From assembly GCA_964016885.1 (NCBI GenBank), contig OZ024741.1, positions 376,960,001 to 377,024,000 on the forward strand: a DNA stretch of 64,000 bases. Reading direction: 5' to 3'. This document shows, in pieces, positions 26,508 through 42,532 of the stretch (position 1 is the stretch's first letter; each line of letters begins with the position of its first letter). The DNA is from Eledone cirrhosa (Eukaryota). The notes under the pieces were generated by a model that saw only the letters and a list, made by a program, of their open reading frames with translations, was not told where the DNA came from and did no database searches. Both the position numbers and the translations under genes were made by a program.

Positions 26508-28815
26508 AAGGCGGGTAAAATTCCCGAGATCCATGGACGAGTTCTCTCCAGCGGTCTCTGTCCCTCATTATCGCTGCCATATCCTGCATTTCCAACAGAC
26601 CAGTGTCTGTCCTTAGGGCATCAACATATGTTAACCTTGGTCTTCCTCTTCTAGTGTGTCCATGTAGGGGCTCCCAAAGGAGCACTGAGTGCAATGTCAA
26701 CTCTGGATGTCGGTGAGCATGTCCAGCCAACCTCAGTCTCTTCTGTGTCACTTTTGAGCTCACTCTTGGGATGCTCCCATACAACTCTGAGTTTTTCATC
26801 CTCAGTGTATACTGATTAATGTTCAGAGCCATCCTCAGCATTCTCGTGTAGCACCCATCCACCATCTGAGTGAGTCTCTTGGTCAGTGTCCAAGTCTCAG
26901 ACCCACACAGCAGCACAGACTCCACTACAGCAATGAAGAGGCGGATTTTCAGGTCTCTACGAAGGTCCGACTTCCACACCGATCTCAAGCTGTGACACGC
27001 CGCCCAGGCCTTGCTCTTCCTCTCAACCACATCATCCTCCGTATTCCCAATCTTTGCTCCCAAATACAGGAAGTCCTCAACCAATTCCAGCGGCTTCCCG
27101 CCTACATTAGTGATCCCCTCTGGCTTCTCAACATTCTCTACCAGATATTTTGTTTTAGTCTCATTCATTCTCAGCCCCACACTCATCGACACAGTCTCAA
27201 CTTCCCGCATCAAATCCTCTGCCTCCTTCACTGTATTTGTCACCAAAACTATGTCGTCGGCAAATTCAGCATCCGATACCTTTTTCGCCCCAACTCTCCT
27301 GCTCTGAGCCGGTGCTACAGTAAAGCCAGAGTCCTGGTGTTTCTCCAGTGCAAGGCGCATACAATAGTCCACTACGATGATAAAAAGGTAGGGAGCCAAT
27401 GTATCTCCCTGGAGCACTCCAGCCAGTATCTCAAAGAACTCTGTCATACCATCAGGTGTAATGACTTGGGCTTTGGTGTTGGTGTAGAGCAGTGATATCA
27501 GGTCCACTATCCTCTTGGGGATTCCATAAGCCTGTAAGATCTTCATCAGGCAGTAACGGTCCACAGAATCAAAGGCCTTCCTAAAGTCAATGAAAACCAT
27601 GACCGCAGGAAGGCACTTTGCTCTGGCTCACTCTAATGTCCTCCTCAGCATCAGGATGTGACTGGTGGTTGATCTACCATATCTGAAACCGTTCTGGTTG
27701 TCCCTGAGCTTCTTCTCCATCTCAGGCTGGATCCTCTTAAGAATCATCCTGTTGAGGGTCTTTGCCACAAGTGACGTCAGTGAGATCCCCCGGTAGTTGT
27801 TGGTGTTAGAGAGATCTTCCTTCTTTGGCACTGGGACGATGTTACTGATCCTCCACTGATTCGGGGCAACTCCTTTCTCCAGTGCCCCGTTACAGAACCC
27901 CAGGATGATATCATCAAAATCACACCTCTTCATCACCTCTGATGCCCCTCCATCTTCTCCATGAGACTTGCCCTCCTTGATCTTCTTCTTGGCTCTCTGA
28001 AGCTCCTCTCTGGTGAAGGGCTCTGTCTCAACATCCAGTTCCTCAAACAGCCGCCTGATCTCCCCAGTGCTCTGGCCTGTGGAGGGTGGCTCTCCTAGTA
28101 GGGTTCTAAAATGGTCTAGCCATTTCCTCTTCCTATCCTCGGGCCCCGTTCCCTGGATCTGACTCGAACACCTTTTCTTCCTCCCTGTGATCTTGTTGAT
28201 GATCATCCAGCTCTCCTTACATCCAGATCTGTCAACCGCTCTCTCCACACTTCTGATCATCTCTATCAGTGCCTCCTCTCTGACCTCAGTGTAAGCGGTA
28301 CGGAGCTCTTCCCTCATCACCTCCACAGTCTCCATCCTCTCCTCCGTACGATCAGCATAGAATTGGTCCCTGGCAGCTTTCAGGTGTTCTCTGGCTGCAC
28401 ACACTTTTGGGTTTGCAGAGCTGACGTGCTTCCCTTTGTTCTTTTTCCTCGGCACCAGGGTTTCACTTGCTTTCGCCACTGCATTGGTGAAGTGCCCGTA
28501 CCTCCTCGTCACACTCTCCTCAGTCCATCCAATCTCTCTCTCCTCTGACTCTCCACACAGAGCACTAAACCTGTTTCTCACTTCCACTGTGAACCTCTCC
28601 TGTAGCTTATCATCTTCCTTGAAAGCTCCCCAGTCATAGATTGTTCTCCGGGGCTGAGCCTTGCTCTTTCTTAAGCTCACGCGGACCTCACTCATAACAA
28701 GCCGGTTGTCACTACCCAGTGTACTGAAATAGCTGTATGATTCCGTGTTCAGAACACTATTCCGCCACTTTTTCCTCACCAGAATGAAATCAATCTGGGA
28801 CTTGGACAGGTGCAC
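26506..28815 (-). pseudogene. RTE ORF (APE remnant + RT) broken by one in-frame TGA at 27628-27630
   Basis: ORFs 27628-28815 and 26506-27600 are in the same frame. Confidence 0.9.
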
Positions 28816-28830
28816 ATCTGAGATGTAGGT
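26506..28830 (-). mobile_element. RTE-clade LINE, 5'-truncated
   Basis: APE tail (QIDFILV..SDNRLV) and RT motifs NYRGISL, FIDFRKAFDSV, GVLQGDTLAPYLF, FADDI, FLYLG, GRPRLTY; higher GC than flanks; 3' end at (TA)n. Confidence 0.93.
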
Positions 28831-28841
28831 TCACTACAAGT

Positions 28842-29316
28842 CTTGTCGGCTTATCTCCCCTGTTTGCTGAGATCAAAGTGAGTGATTTTGTCACTACTTT
28901 AAAACAATAGCTTACGGTCTTCAAAATGCTTTTAATTAAGCGTAAAGTGTATTGCAAAATACATTATATATATACATCCATATATATATTGCTATTTCAG
29001 AGCTCCAATTCTAATTTTTAATTTCTGCCTGACCAACAACCGCTCTGCATAATCAGCTCCTGATTATTTACTAGATTTCTATAAGAATATAACATCAATG
29101 ATCTCAGTAGACAGGTGGGGTAGTTGGCCTTGATAAGTTTCAACCAAAGCGAAACAATTCTTGTCGGCTTATCTCCCATGTTTGCTGAGATCAAAGTGAG
29201 CGAATTTGTCACTACTTTAAAACAATAGGTTACGGTCTTCAAAATGCTTTTAATTAAGCATAAAGTGTATTGCAAAATACATTATATATACATCCATATA
29301 TATTTCAGAGCTCCAA

Positions 29317-29322
<6 letters not shown>
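28842..29322 (+). mobile_element. ORF-less direct-repeat unit with HHR (retrozyme-like, 318 nt period)
   Basis: 28842-29013 repeated at 29160-29322; GTC at 28845 and 29163. Confidence 0.7.
29127..29168 (+). ncRNA. Type I HHR, U3-A8 core variant
   Basis: gcc-TTGATAA-gttt-caacca-aagc-GAAACAA-ttc-TTGTC-ggc; stem I extends to atctcagtagaca/tgtttgctgagat. Confidence 0.8.
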
Positions 29323-29361
<39 letters not shown>

Positions 29362-29392
29362 AGATCAAAAGATGGTTAAAGGAGTTCCATGT

Positions 29393-29461
29393 ATTTTATT
29401 ATGCGCATTTCAAAAACAAACATCATCATGCAATAATATTTGTGTTTTCATCAGATAAAAC
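29393..29461 (-). ncRNA. Type I HHR
   Basis: Reverse complement of 31394-31462. Confidence 0.8.
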
Positions 29462-31393
29462 AGGAGAACACGATATGAAGGCTAAAAAACACTTGTGGAT
29501 AGTGCAGTTTTAAATCAACATATGAAAGGTGGTTTTAGATTGATGTGTGACATTGGGAAACATATTTTATTTAGAGAGGGGGGTGGGGTGGAAAGGATGA
29601 AAAAGGGGAGGAGATGAGAGTGAAGGTGGAGAGGGAGAGATGGGTGATAGAGAGAAAGCGATAGTTTTTATAACTGAGAGAAGATATATTGTTTTACATA
29701 GAGAGGTTGAGAACCGTTGGAAGATAATGTATGAATTAAAAGAATTTGAAAATTAACGAAGGGAAAAATATGTACGAGGAAAGAGAGGGAGCTGATATTT
29801 ATGAAGATAGAGAGAAAAAATAATAAATGCGGATGAATATTCTAACGTCAAAAGGTGTATGTTTATAAGTATTTTGGCAATTTCAAAATTAACGAAGAGA
29901 AAAAATTATTAAGGTTTGTGTGTAGAAGGATTTGAGAAAAATAATGTGAAGTTAAAGTTTGTATATTGAAGAAATTGATAATATGTGCGAAGAAAGAGTT
30001 AATATGTATTAAAAAATTATTAAGGTTTGTGTATTAGATTATTTGAGAAAAATAATGTGAAGTTAAGGTTTGTATATTGAAGGAATTGATAATATGTATT
30101 AAGAATGAGTTCGTTGATGGGGAGAAAAAAATAATAAATTAAGGATGAAATTGAGATTAAAAAGTTTTATGATAGAGAGAAAAAATAATAATAATTGCGG
30201 ATGAATATTCTAACGTCAAAAGAACAAATGTATATGTTATGAAGGATTTTACAAGGTGAAGATAGAATGAGGGTAATGAGTAAACAAGTATTATAGAGTG
30301 TATAATGCCCTTTGAAGTAAGGTGGGAAGATGGGTATATTTTAAAGAGGTGCATGTATATGTGCCTTTGAGAAAAGATTCTAAATTGATAAAGAATTGAA
30401 TATTAGCTGTATAATTTGTGAAAAGTCCTATGGAATTTATGCAGGCAGATAGAAAACAAATCTGTACGTCTATTTATTATAGAATTTAGATTAGAGATAA
30501 TGGTAATTTTTTCATTTAGGCAGAGATTACAGATTTTAGATAGAGAGCTGTTCAAGTATGAGGACGCAGAAGAAACCTTCTTCCAAAAGATGGTATATTT
30601 AATGTTTTTGTCTTTCAAGGACCATATGAGTTCTGAGAGAGCCGTGTTGGTTCTTTTAAGTTTGTATTTAAAAGATGAAACTTTAACTTCACATTATTTT
30701 TCTCAAATCCTTCTACACACAAACCTTAATAATTTTTTTCTCTTCGTTAATTTTGAAATTGCCACAATACTTATAAACATACACCTTTTGACGTTAGAAT
30801 ATTCATCCGCAATTATTATTTTTTCTCTCTATCATCATAAATATTAGCTCCCTCTCTTTCCTAGTACATATTTTTCCCTTCGTTAATTTTCAAATTCTTT
30901 TAATTCATACATTATCTTCCAACGGTTCTCAACCTCTCTATTTAAAACAATATATCTCTTCTCAGTTATAAAAACTATCTCTTTCTCTCTATCACCCATC
31001 TCTCCCTCTCCACCTTCACTCTCATCTCCTCCCCTTTTTTCATCCTTTCCACCCCCCTCCCTAAATAAAATATTTTTTCCTCGTACATATTTTTCCCTTC
31101 GTTAATTTTCAAATTCTTTTAATTTATACATTATCTTCCAACGGTTTTCAACTTCTCTATGTAAAACAATATCTCTTCTCTCAGTTATAAAAACTATCTC
31201 TTTCTCTCTATCACCCATCTCTACCTCTCCACCTTCACTCTCATCTCCTCCCCTTTTTCATCCTTTCCACTCCCCCCTCTGTAAATAAAATATTTTTCCC
31301 AATATCGCACATCAATCTAAAACCACTTTTCATATGTTGATTTAAAACTGCACTATCCACAAGTGTTTTTTAGCCTTCATATCATGTTCTCCT

Positions 31394-31462
31394 GTTTTAT
31401 CTGATGAAAACACAAATATTATTGCATGATGATGTTTGTTTTTGAAATGCGCATAATAAAAT
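31394..31462 (+). ncRNA. Type I HHR
   Basis: gttttat-CTGATGA-aaacacaaatattat-tgc-atgatgatgtttgttttt-GAAA-tgcgca-TA-ataaaat; ATGCGCAT palindrome. Confidence 0.8.
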
Positions 31463-31587
31463 ACATGAAACTCCTTTAACCATCTTTTGATCTTATATAT
31501 TATGTATACTCCAGTCCTACAAACTGTAGAGTGCTTCTTATCCGATATCTGCATTGCTTTATTGTACTACAATAAAACTCACCTCCT

Positions 31588-33626
<2,039 letters not shown>

Positions 33627-34067
33627 TTAGTATGTTTTTGGGTGATGTGTTGGGGTAATGGTAGCACAGTGGTCGCGATAACCAAAGATGTGGGTTCAAT
33701 GCAGGTATGGATTTAGAATATAAATACAAATGCAAAAGATATCGCTGACAATTAGATTTTTTGCCTTAAATGTTTTTGAATATCCTATATAAATAAATGT
33801 AATCTGAGTGTTTCGAATGTTGATAATAATATTCGATTCGTTTGCAATTAAACAAACAGCCTCTTTTAAGCCAACATAAGAGCAAGAATGAGGGTCTCAT
33901 TCTACTGACATGGCTTACAAGTACCTGTTTGCATAATTGCAATCGAATCGAATATTATTATCAATTATCGAAAAGCTCAGTTTTCATTTATTGTATTCAG
34001 CCATGTAGAGCGATAACTTTTTTTGGTAGATTTATAAATATATATATATATATAGTATAGTATAGTA

Positions 34068-34162
34068 TAGAAATCGCCTCTACAGGACTAGAACTCTTTC
34101 ATTCGAAGGATGATGACTTCTTCGAATGAAAGAGTTTCAGTTCTGTAGAAGCCATTTCGATA
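34068..34162. repeat. Small foldback made of two HHR 3' halves (same family as 5174-5287)
   Basis: tctacaggactagaactctttcattcgaag vs cttcgaatgaaagagtttcagttctgtaga; tgatga in loop. Confidence 0.7.
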
Positions 34163-34726
34163 TTAAATATCTATACTCTGCTATGTATTAAGTGCCTTAC
34201 TTACTGTGCATACCAGCGATTGAACACGGGATACACACACGCATATATATACATATATATGTACGTGTGTGTGCGTATGTTTGTGAGTGTATGTACGTGT
34301 GTGTCTGTGTGTGTGTGTGTACGTTTGCGTGTGAGTATAAATATGCATGTCAGCATAAAGTTTCAGGCATCGAACAGACAACAGTATCTTAAATCATCAG
34401 CCACATTTTTAGCTACAATATAATGCATGAAGTTGTAAATGCACTTGTAACAGCAGATTACGCCGCACGTTGCTGAACCATTCTTTTGTTAAGATGCTTG
34501 TGAAGAATATCACACCAAAGAAAGAACAGAAATTTATGAATATCGGTTGACACAAAGGTATATACATAAAAGTGTGGCAGAATAGACATAAATGATATAT
34601 GTGACGTAGCAGAACGTACAGAAAGTTATCTCTCGACAGATGGAAACATTCAAATTGTCGTAGAAGAGTTTTATATATGTATAAGATAGTATATACTCAG
34701 TCTCTCATAGAATATAAAAATAACTG

Positions 34727-34909
34727 TTCCTACTTATGGCACAAGGCCAGCAATTACCCTAGTGCATTACTGGTGCTTATGTTATCGACCCCGTAAGGAT
34801 GAAAGGCAAAGCTAAACTCAGTGGGATTTGAACTCAGATCGTAAATGGCCATAACTCTGTGTTGCAAGAATGGTGTTTTACGCTCTACCGATACTGCCAA
34901 ACTACCGCC
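34727..34909 (-). mobile_element. tRNA-derived SINE, more diverged
   Basis: Reverse complement of the 7363 family. Confidence 0.8.
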
Positions 34910-35140
34910 TGATGAATAACATCATCAGTTTATAAGCCGTATCCAAGAATTCAACATGTTTGTGTTTATGTAATTTTGCTGTCTAGAATTTTCATAACAA
35001 CCAAACATGTCAAGTTTCTTGAACTATATATTATCAACATTTTACTATATTGCTTTACTTAAAAGAAAGACTAAATAAAGAGAATCATGTAATGGAAACA
35101 TACTGAATCAGTGTGAGTATGCGTCCGTGAAACATATTTT

Positions 35141-35155
35141 ATATCTATCTATCTC

Positions 35156-35236
<81 letters not shown>

Positions 35237-35263
35237 ATATCTACCTATCTATCTATCTATCTA
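35141..35263. repeat. (ATCT)n tetranucleotide repeat
   Basis: Direct reading. Confidence 0.95.
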
Positions 35264-35290
35264 TATAAATATATATATATATATAAATAC

Positions 35291-35361
<71 letters not shown>

Positions 35362-35372
35362 TATATATAAAT

Positions 35373-35403
<31 letters not shown>

Positions 35404-35434
35404 AATATATTTATATATATAAATATATATATTA

Positions 35435-37250
35435 ATAAAAACAATGAATAAAAACAAAGAAGAAGTCCCTTTTATTAAAAAATTCATCATTTTACGATCG
35501 TTTCTAGGATATATATGTGTATAAAAATATTACAAACTATCAGAGGAAATATACATACTTTAACATATATATGCTGTCTTCAGAAATGATGAGATTTGTT
35601 TATTGAAAAAACCCAACAAAGATTTAATATAATAGGTCTGTTTGGGAACAGGTTTTGAGTTGACCAATAGAAAAGTAGTAAGAGGTCAAGTTGATAGAAT
35701 AGTAGTAGTAGAAATGTATTTAGTGATGGAGGGGTGCAGACTTATGTTTTGAATGGAAAGAATACTTTGAATGAAAAGAATACTTAGGGGATGAAAAGAG
35801 GTCAAGCTGGTGATGGGTACACGAAAATTTATGTTATTAAAGAATAGTGTCAAAAACGAAGGAGAGTAAAATTTTAGGGTAAGTGAGAAATACCCATCTT
35901 ATTTAAAACACAAGGATTCTAGATCTATAACAAGAAATTAAATTAGTTGATAGGTATACTTATAGGGACACATTTATATTACTTCATATGGATGTGATAA
36001 ATAAGAATTAGATGTTATTAAAAAATGTTGTTAAAAACGAAGGAAAATAAAATTTTGGGATAAGTGTAGTAGTAAGAAATACCAATTTTATATAAACTAC
36101 AAGGAATCCAGATTCATAACAGGTATTTAATTAATTTATATGTATACTTTTAGGTATTAATTTTAGGAAAAGAGAGCTGTAAGAGGGAAATCAAATTATG
36201 AAGTTCTCTGTAGTAAAGTACTAATTATAGGTTAACTAAATTAAAAACACTAATTATAATAATATGTAAAATATAAGTGTAAGGTGTATATTAGTTAGGT
36301 TTATAATATTTGAAAGTTCTTCTAATTCTATGAATGCAAGATATAATTAATTCCTGTCGCTTATTTAATAGGATATCCTTAGATTTCATTATTTCAAAAA
36401 GTTCTACACTCATAGCTGTTATTTTGATAAGGGGTGGCCCTTTTGAGCACACGCCAGGTCAGGTTGTAATCGATATTCTTTTTTCTATCATTATTAATTG
36501 TTTCAGCCAAGGATGTTGTATTAGCTAATGCGGCATTTTTAAAACTGTTTGTAGTTATTAAATCTTACTTTAAATTGGTTAGACGTAGCTCCTATATATG
36601 AATAAGTGGAGTCCTTAGTGCTAATTTTACATTTATAGATTATGTTATGAATAAGACAATTTCCCTTTAATGGGCAATTTCTTTTGTTTCTACAGTTACA
36701 GCCATTCGTGAATATTATATCAGGGGAGTTAGTCAAATTTGTTGTGGAATTTACTCAACTTGTTATATGTGAAGGAGATGGTGGTTTCTTGCCGTTTATT
36801 TTAGTATTATGGTTGGTTTGATGTGTTGGTGGTATATTCGTTTTCTTTTTCATTTATATGCGTTGTTCGCACTTATATTTTGTTCTATATTTTTGTAGTT
36901 GAGTAGGAAAATTTGACAATTGATCTATTTAAAATTTGATGGTATTTATGGTTTGGCGGGAAGGTTTTCTCTAGGATAGTAAAAAAATGTTTGAGATATT
37001 ATCTTTAATTTGAAGATTAAATGGAGCATTAAACGAAGTAACCCGTCTATTACGGTTTCAATATTGGGTTTTATATTTATACGATATATCAGACGTTCAA
37101 TCATCTGATGGTATTTATGATTTGGCGGGAAGTCTTCTCTAGGAGAGTAAAAAGTTTTGGGGATATTATCTTTAATTTGTAGATTGAATGGAGCATTATA
37201 CCAAGTAACCCGTCTATTACGGTTTCGATATTGGTTTTTATATTTATACG
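35435..37250 (-). mobile_element. Decayed 5'-truncated PLE (GIY-YIG + 3' UTR + HHR)
   Basis: 36539-36736 CNCRNKRNCPLKGNCL..IIY..YIGATSNQFKVRF; FNAPFN near 37020; internal duplication 36937-37100/37106-37270. Confidence 0.82.
35486..35590 (-). ncRNA. Type I HHR with ~75 nt stem II domain
   Basis: atcattt-CTGAAGA-cagcatatatatg...catatatatccta-GAAAC-gatc-GTA-aaatgat; ACGATCGT palindrome. Confidence 0.72.
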
Positions 37251-37256
37251 ATGTAT

Positions 37257-37955
37257 CAGACGTTCAATCATCTGGTATACGATGCTGTCGATAGCTAATA
37301 AGCTTGAAACTAGTACATCGTTCCTGTGTCAGTGTTGAACAAACAGGAGACGATGGTTGCCTGAACACTGTACGGCGTAATTCGGGATGTTTGTTTATTT
37401 ACAAACAAACCTAACATTATAATAAATGTTCGGTAAACCCATACGTACATATATAAATGTGTGCATGTATGTATATATATATATACATACTACTGTACGT
37501 CTGTATACATATATGTATGTACGTATACATACATACTTACATTTAAGTATCAGCCGTACTAAGAGTGAGAACAGAAATTTCGTTTCATTCTTTTCGAATT
37601 ATCGTTTCCGGTGCGCCCGGCCGACTAACTCACTCGATATGCAAACTAGGCTGCTCAGCCGTTAATATGCATAAGGGAAGTATATACTTTCAGACGTTCA
37701 ATCATCTGGCAGGAAGGTATACGATGCTGACGATAGCTAATAAGCTTGAAACTAGTACATCGTTCCTATGTCAGCGTTGAACAAAAAGGCGACGATGTTG
37801 CCTGAACACTGTACGGCGTAATTCTGGGTGTTTGTTTGTCTACAAACAAACCGAACATTACATTAAATGTTCGGTAAACCCATGCGTACATATATATATG
37901 TGTGCATGTATGTATATATATACATACTACTGTACGTTTGTATACATATGTGTAT
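37257..37955 (+). mobile_element. ORF-less tandem unit with HHR (retrozyme-like, 442 nt period)
   Basis: 37257-37530 repeated from 37691; HHRs at 37280-37320 (core mutated CTGTCGA) and 37722-37762; family recurs at 54125-55235. Confidence 0.72.
37722..37762 (+). ncRNA. Minimal type I HHR
   Basis: cgatg-CTGACGA-t-agc-taataa-gct-t-GAAAC-ta-GTA-catcg; ACTAGT palindrome. Confidence 0.85.
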
Positions 37956-39347
37956 GTTATGGATTATAAATTATTAAAATAAATATATAGTATTTTACAT
38001 TAGAGAAAATCTAGTATAGTTTATTTTATTAAAGTATGTTTGGAAAAATTATATTTATTAATAGTTGTAAGTCAAAACTTAAACATCCAAATAATTCTAA
38101 ATTTATGAAAATTTACGAGAGTTTGCAAAGGAAGAACTACTTAATTATATTATAAAAACAGTAAGGAAGTATAAAGGAAGTTAGAAGTGATTTTTTAAGA
38201 ACTCAAATGACTCCAAGGATACATAAAAAAAACTTTCAAAAACATTTTTTTATTTTTTATTTTTTATTTTTTATTTTTTATTTTTTATTTTTTATTTTTT
38301 ATTTTTTATTTTTTATTTTTTATTTTTTATTTTTTATTTTTTATTTTTTATTTTTTATTTTTTATTTTTTATTTTTTATTTTTTATTTTTTATTTTTTAT
38401 TTTTTATTTTTTATTTTTTATTTTTTATTTTTTATTTTTTATTTTTTATTTTTTAAACATTTCTTATGCGAAATCAGAAATGTTATAAAGATAAAAATGT
38501 TATCTTAAGAATATAATTAAAACATAAACCATATGTTATTTCATAAGAAGTCATAAATGTATCTTAAGAATATAAATAAAACATAAACCATAGGTTATTT
38601 TATAAGAAGTCATACTTGTTATAAAGTTTTTAAAAAATTATCTTAAGAATATAGTTAAAACATAAACCATAGGTTATTCCACCTATATATAAAAAACCTA
38701 TATATAAAATTCATATGTTATTCACATATATATAAATATTTGAATGCATATATTATAAATGTTTGAAGTTATAACATATTGGAAGATATGAAATTAATGG
38801 TTTTTCTATATCTTTGAAAACATTTTTAATACATGTATCCAAATATTTATATATATGTGAATAACATGATTTTTATATATAGGTTTTTCATATATATGTG
38901 GAATAACCTATGGTTTATGTTTTAACTATATTCTTAAGATACATTTTAAAAAACTTTATAACAAATATTACTTCTTATAAAATAACCTATGGTTTATGTT
39001 TTAATTATATTCTTAAGATAACATTTTTTAACTTTATAACATTAAAAAAAAAAAAATTTGAAATGTTTTTTATGTAACGTTGGAGTCATTTGAGTTCTTA
39101 AAAATTCACTTCTAACTCCCTTAATACTTCCTTACTGTTTTTATAATATAATTAAGTAGTTATTCCTTTCCAAACTCTCGTAAATTTTCATAAATTTAGA
39201 ATTATTTGGATGTTTAAGTTTTGACTTACAACTATTAATAAATATAATTTTGCCAAACTTACTTTAATAAAATAAACTATACTAGATTTTTTCTAATGTA
39301 AAATACTATATATTTATTTTAATAATTTATAATCCATAACATACACA
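37949..39347. repeat. ~1.4 kb AT-rich foldback with internal (ATTTTTT)n tract (38243-38455)
   Basis: 37949-38245 inverted vs 39055-39347; 38478-38740 inverted vs 38841-39042. Confidence 0.88.
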
Positions 39348-39954
39348 TCTAAACCAATATATTATTACTAATACATCTTAATATAATATAAATACTTCTG
39401 TTTTAATTTTAATTTTTAATTTTTAATTTTTAATTTTTAATTTTTAATTTTTAATTTTTAATTTTTAATTTTTAATATTTAATTTTTAATTTTTAATATT
39501 AATATTAAATTACATCTTTAATATTAAGGCAAATGTTAATCTTTAATTTTTAATTTTAATCTAATTTTTCAACCTATCATTATAAATATTATAATCACAA
39601 CGTAATGAACCCTACATTCTAATAATTATCTTCCACGTTAATCTTTTCCATTAAAACTTATTTCTTCATTCACTCTGACTTTCTTCACTTTTACTATGTA
39701 TAATCGTTCTTTGTTTCCTCTTCTACCTTTCTCCTTCCTTTTCTTTTTTCTCTCTCCTTACATATCATCTTCTTCCAACAGTTTAATTTAAATAAACTGT
39801 TATCTTTTCAACCTTTCGGACACTCATCTGCATACTCACTCATAACTTTTTATTACTCTCAATACAATATTATCTCCACTATACAGGAAGCTCCAACCGT
39901 TAAGGTTGTCTTTTTTTGCCGAGTATGTCAATATTTATTTATTACACAAATCTG

Positions 39955-40020
39955 TATTTTATCTGATCAAAGCACACCATAATTTGCCTTGGTTGCCCTT
40001 GAAATATGTATAATAAAATA
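39955..40020 (+). ncRNA. Decayed HHR (CTGATCA)
   Basis: tattttat-CTGATCA-aagcacacca...tggttgccctt-GAAA-tatgta-TA-ataaaata. Confidence 0.55.
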
Positions 40021-40307
40021 AATATGGTTTTATAAATATAGTTTCCATTTATTAATATATTGTCTATTGACTCCACTAATTTGTTGATTGCTTTATATCA
40101 GTTATAAAAAAATGTTAAAGGTTGTTGAATCCCAACAAATTACATATAACCTCTATATATTATATATACCTATATATAAGTGTAAGTATATATATATATA
40201 TATACAATATATACACACACACATATATATATAATATATACACACACATATATATATATATACACATAAATATATATACACAAACATATATATACACACA
40301 CATATAA

Positions 40308-40342
<35 letters not shown>

Positions 40343-40347
40343 CACAC

Positions 40348-40390
<43 letters not shown>

Positions 40391-40512
40391 TATATATATA
40401 TATATACACACACATATATATAAATACATGTGTATATATATATATACACACACACACACATATATATATATACATATAAGTATATGTATATATATATTCC
40501 GTATATGTAAAT

Positions 40513-40560
<48 letters not shown>

Positions 40561-40599
40561 GATATTAATAAATGGAAACTATATTTATAAAACCATATT

Positions 40600-40664
40600 T
40601 ATTTCATTATACATATTTCAGGGATACCAAATTAAATTATGGTATGCCTTCATCAGACAAAATA
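40600..40664 (-). ncRNA. Type I HHR in a pLTR-like fragment (40560-41250)
   Basis: tattttgt-CTGATGA-aggcatacca-taatttaatt-tggtatccct-GAAA-tatgta-TA-atgaaata. Confidence 0.8.
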
Positions 40665-41245
40665 CAATATATAACAATTTTACAAATAAGCTTTGACGTA
40701 CCCTATTAAAATGCAACCATTATTTTTGGAAGCCATCCGGATAGTGAGTTGTTTATATTATTTTAATAAGTCATAGTGTTAAGGACAATTAGAAAAAGAC
40801 GGAGAGAGAGAAAGACAAAAACGTGGAGAAGTATGAGAGAGAGAGAGATGCATAGAGAAAAAAGAAAGAGATAAATAAAGACAGGAGGAAAGAAAGAAAA
40901 AAAGGAAGAAATAAGAAATAAGAAAAACAGAGGAAAGCAACAGAGAGATATTAAGTCATGAGACGTATAGGGAAACTCAAGAGAGAGAAATATTATATAG
41001 AGAGAGTTGGAATTAATGAAAATTTTACTTTATGTCATATTAAGTTGAGTTAACAATTTATATGAAATGAATAATAAAAATATAAATATTAATATTCATG
41101 AATGGGACATGAATACATAATATGAGAAATTAAACATTGTTCAACAATGACTACATGTTTAGTTTAAAAACTTGAGATCAATATACCAAAATTTGGGTTT
41201 AATCAACCAACTTGCTAGAGAAATCAGTACCTTAGGGAAAGACAC

Positions 41246-41301
<56 letters not shown>

Positions 41302-41948
41302 GCACGGCCTGAAAATATATTTACTCAAGTCAACAATATAGACATATAAAACGCAGACGATTTCTCTTAATCACTGCTATTAATTCCTTGTGTTATAAAA
41401 AAGTTCACAGTATATATACATAAATATATACGATTAACATTCCTGTCTTCATATATACGATCACCATTCATGCACTCAACATTCTGTTAAAGTTATGCAT
41501 ATCTGCAATCGAAACTGCGTGGTTAAGCAACATATCATTTACCCACACACATAGATATACATATACACATATACCCATATATATGTATAAATAAATACTT
41601 GCGTGCGTCTTCCCGCATCGCTCATAGACATATATACAATCATAAAAAACCTATAACCCTTTGATGTGCATGTTAATACACATACACATTTGTATAGAGA
41701 TAATCAAATATCAATATATTACTAAGGATTATACTTTGGAAATATAATTATAACAATATACATTTAAATTTAAAATACCAAAGTATTATATTTTGGAAAT
41801 ACAATTATATCAGTATAGTCAAAAGCAAAAACGAATTCTAGAAATATCAAAGCATTAAATATGTTTAAAACACTATAGAGTATCTTAAGTTAAAATAATA
41901 TGTTTCATATATTTAGTATAAAAATTTATCCTATTTAGTATAGAAATT

Positions 41949-42510
<562 letters not shown>

Positions 42511-42532
42511 ATAAATATATATATATATATAT

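Larger units (their letters stand above)
29352..31503 (-). mobile_element. Severely truncated PLE: GIY-YIG tail between inverted pLTRs
   Basis: 29352-29955 inverted vs 30682-31503; ORF remnant 30403-30680 (CNLCLNEK, DLFSICLHK). Confidence 0.88.

Noticed and set aside
34909-34929. ctgatga..tcatcag mini inverted repeat
   Set aside because: No GAAA half on either strand; could be a remnant but is unsupported.
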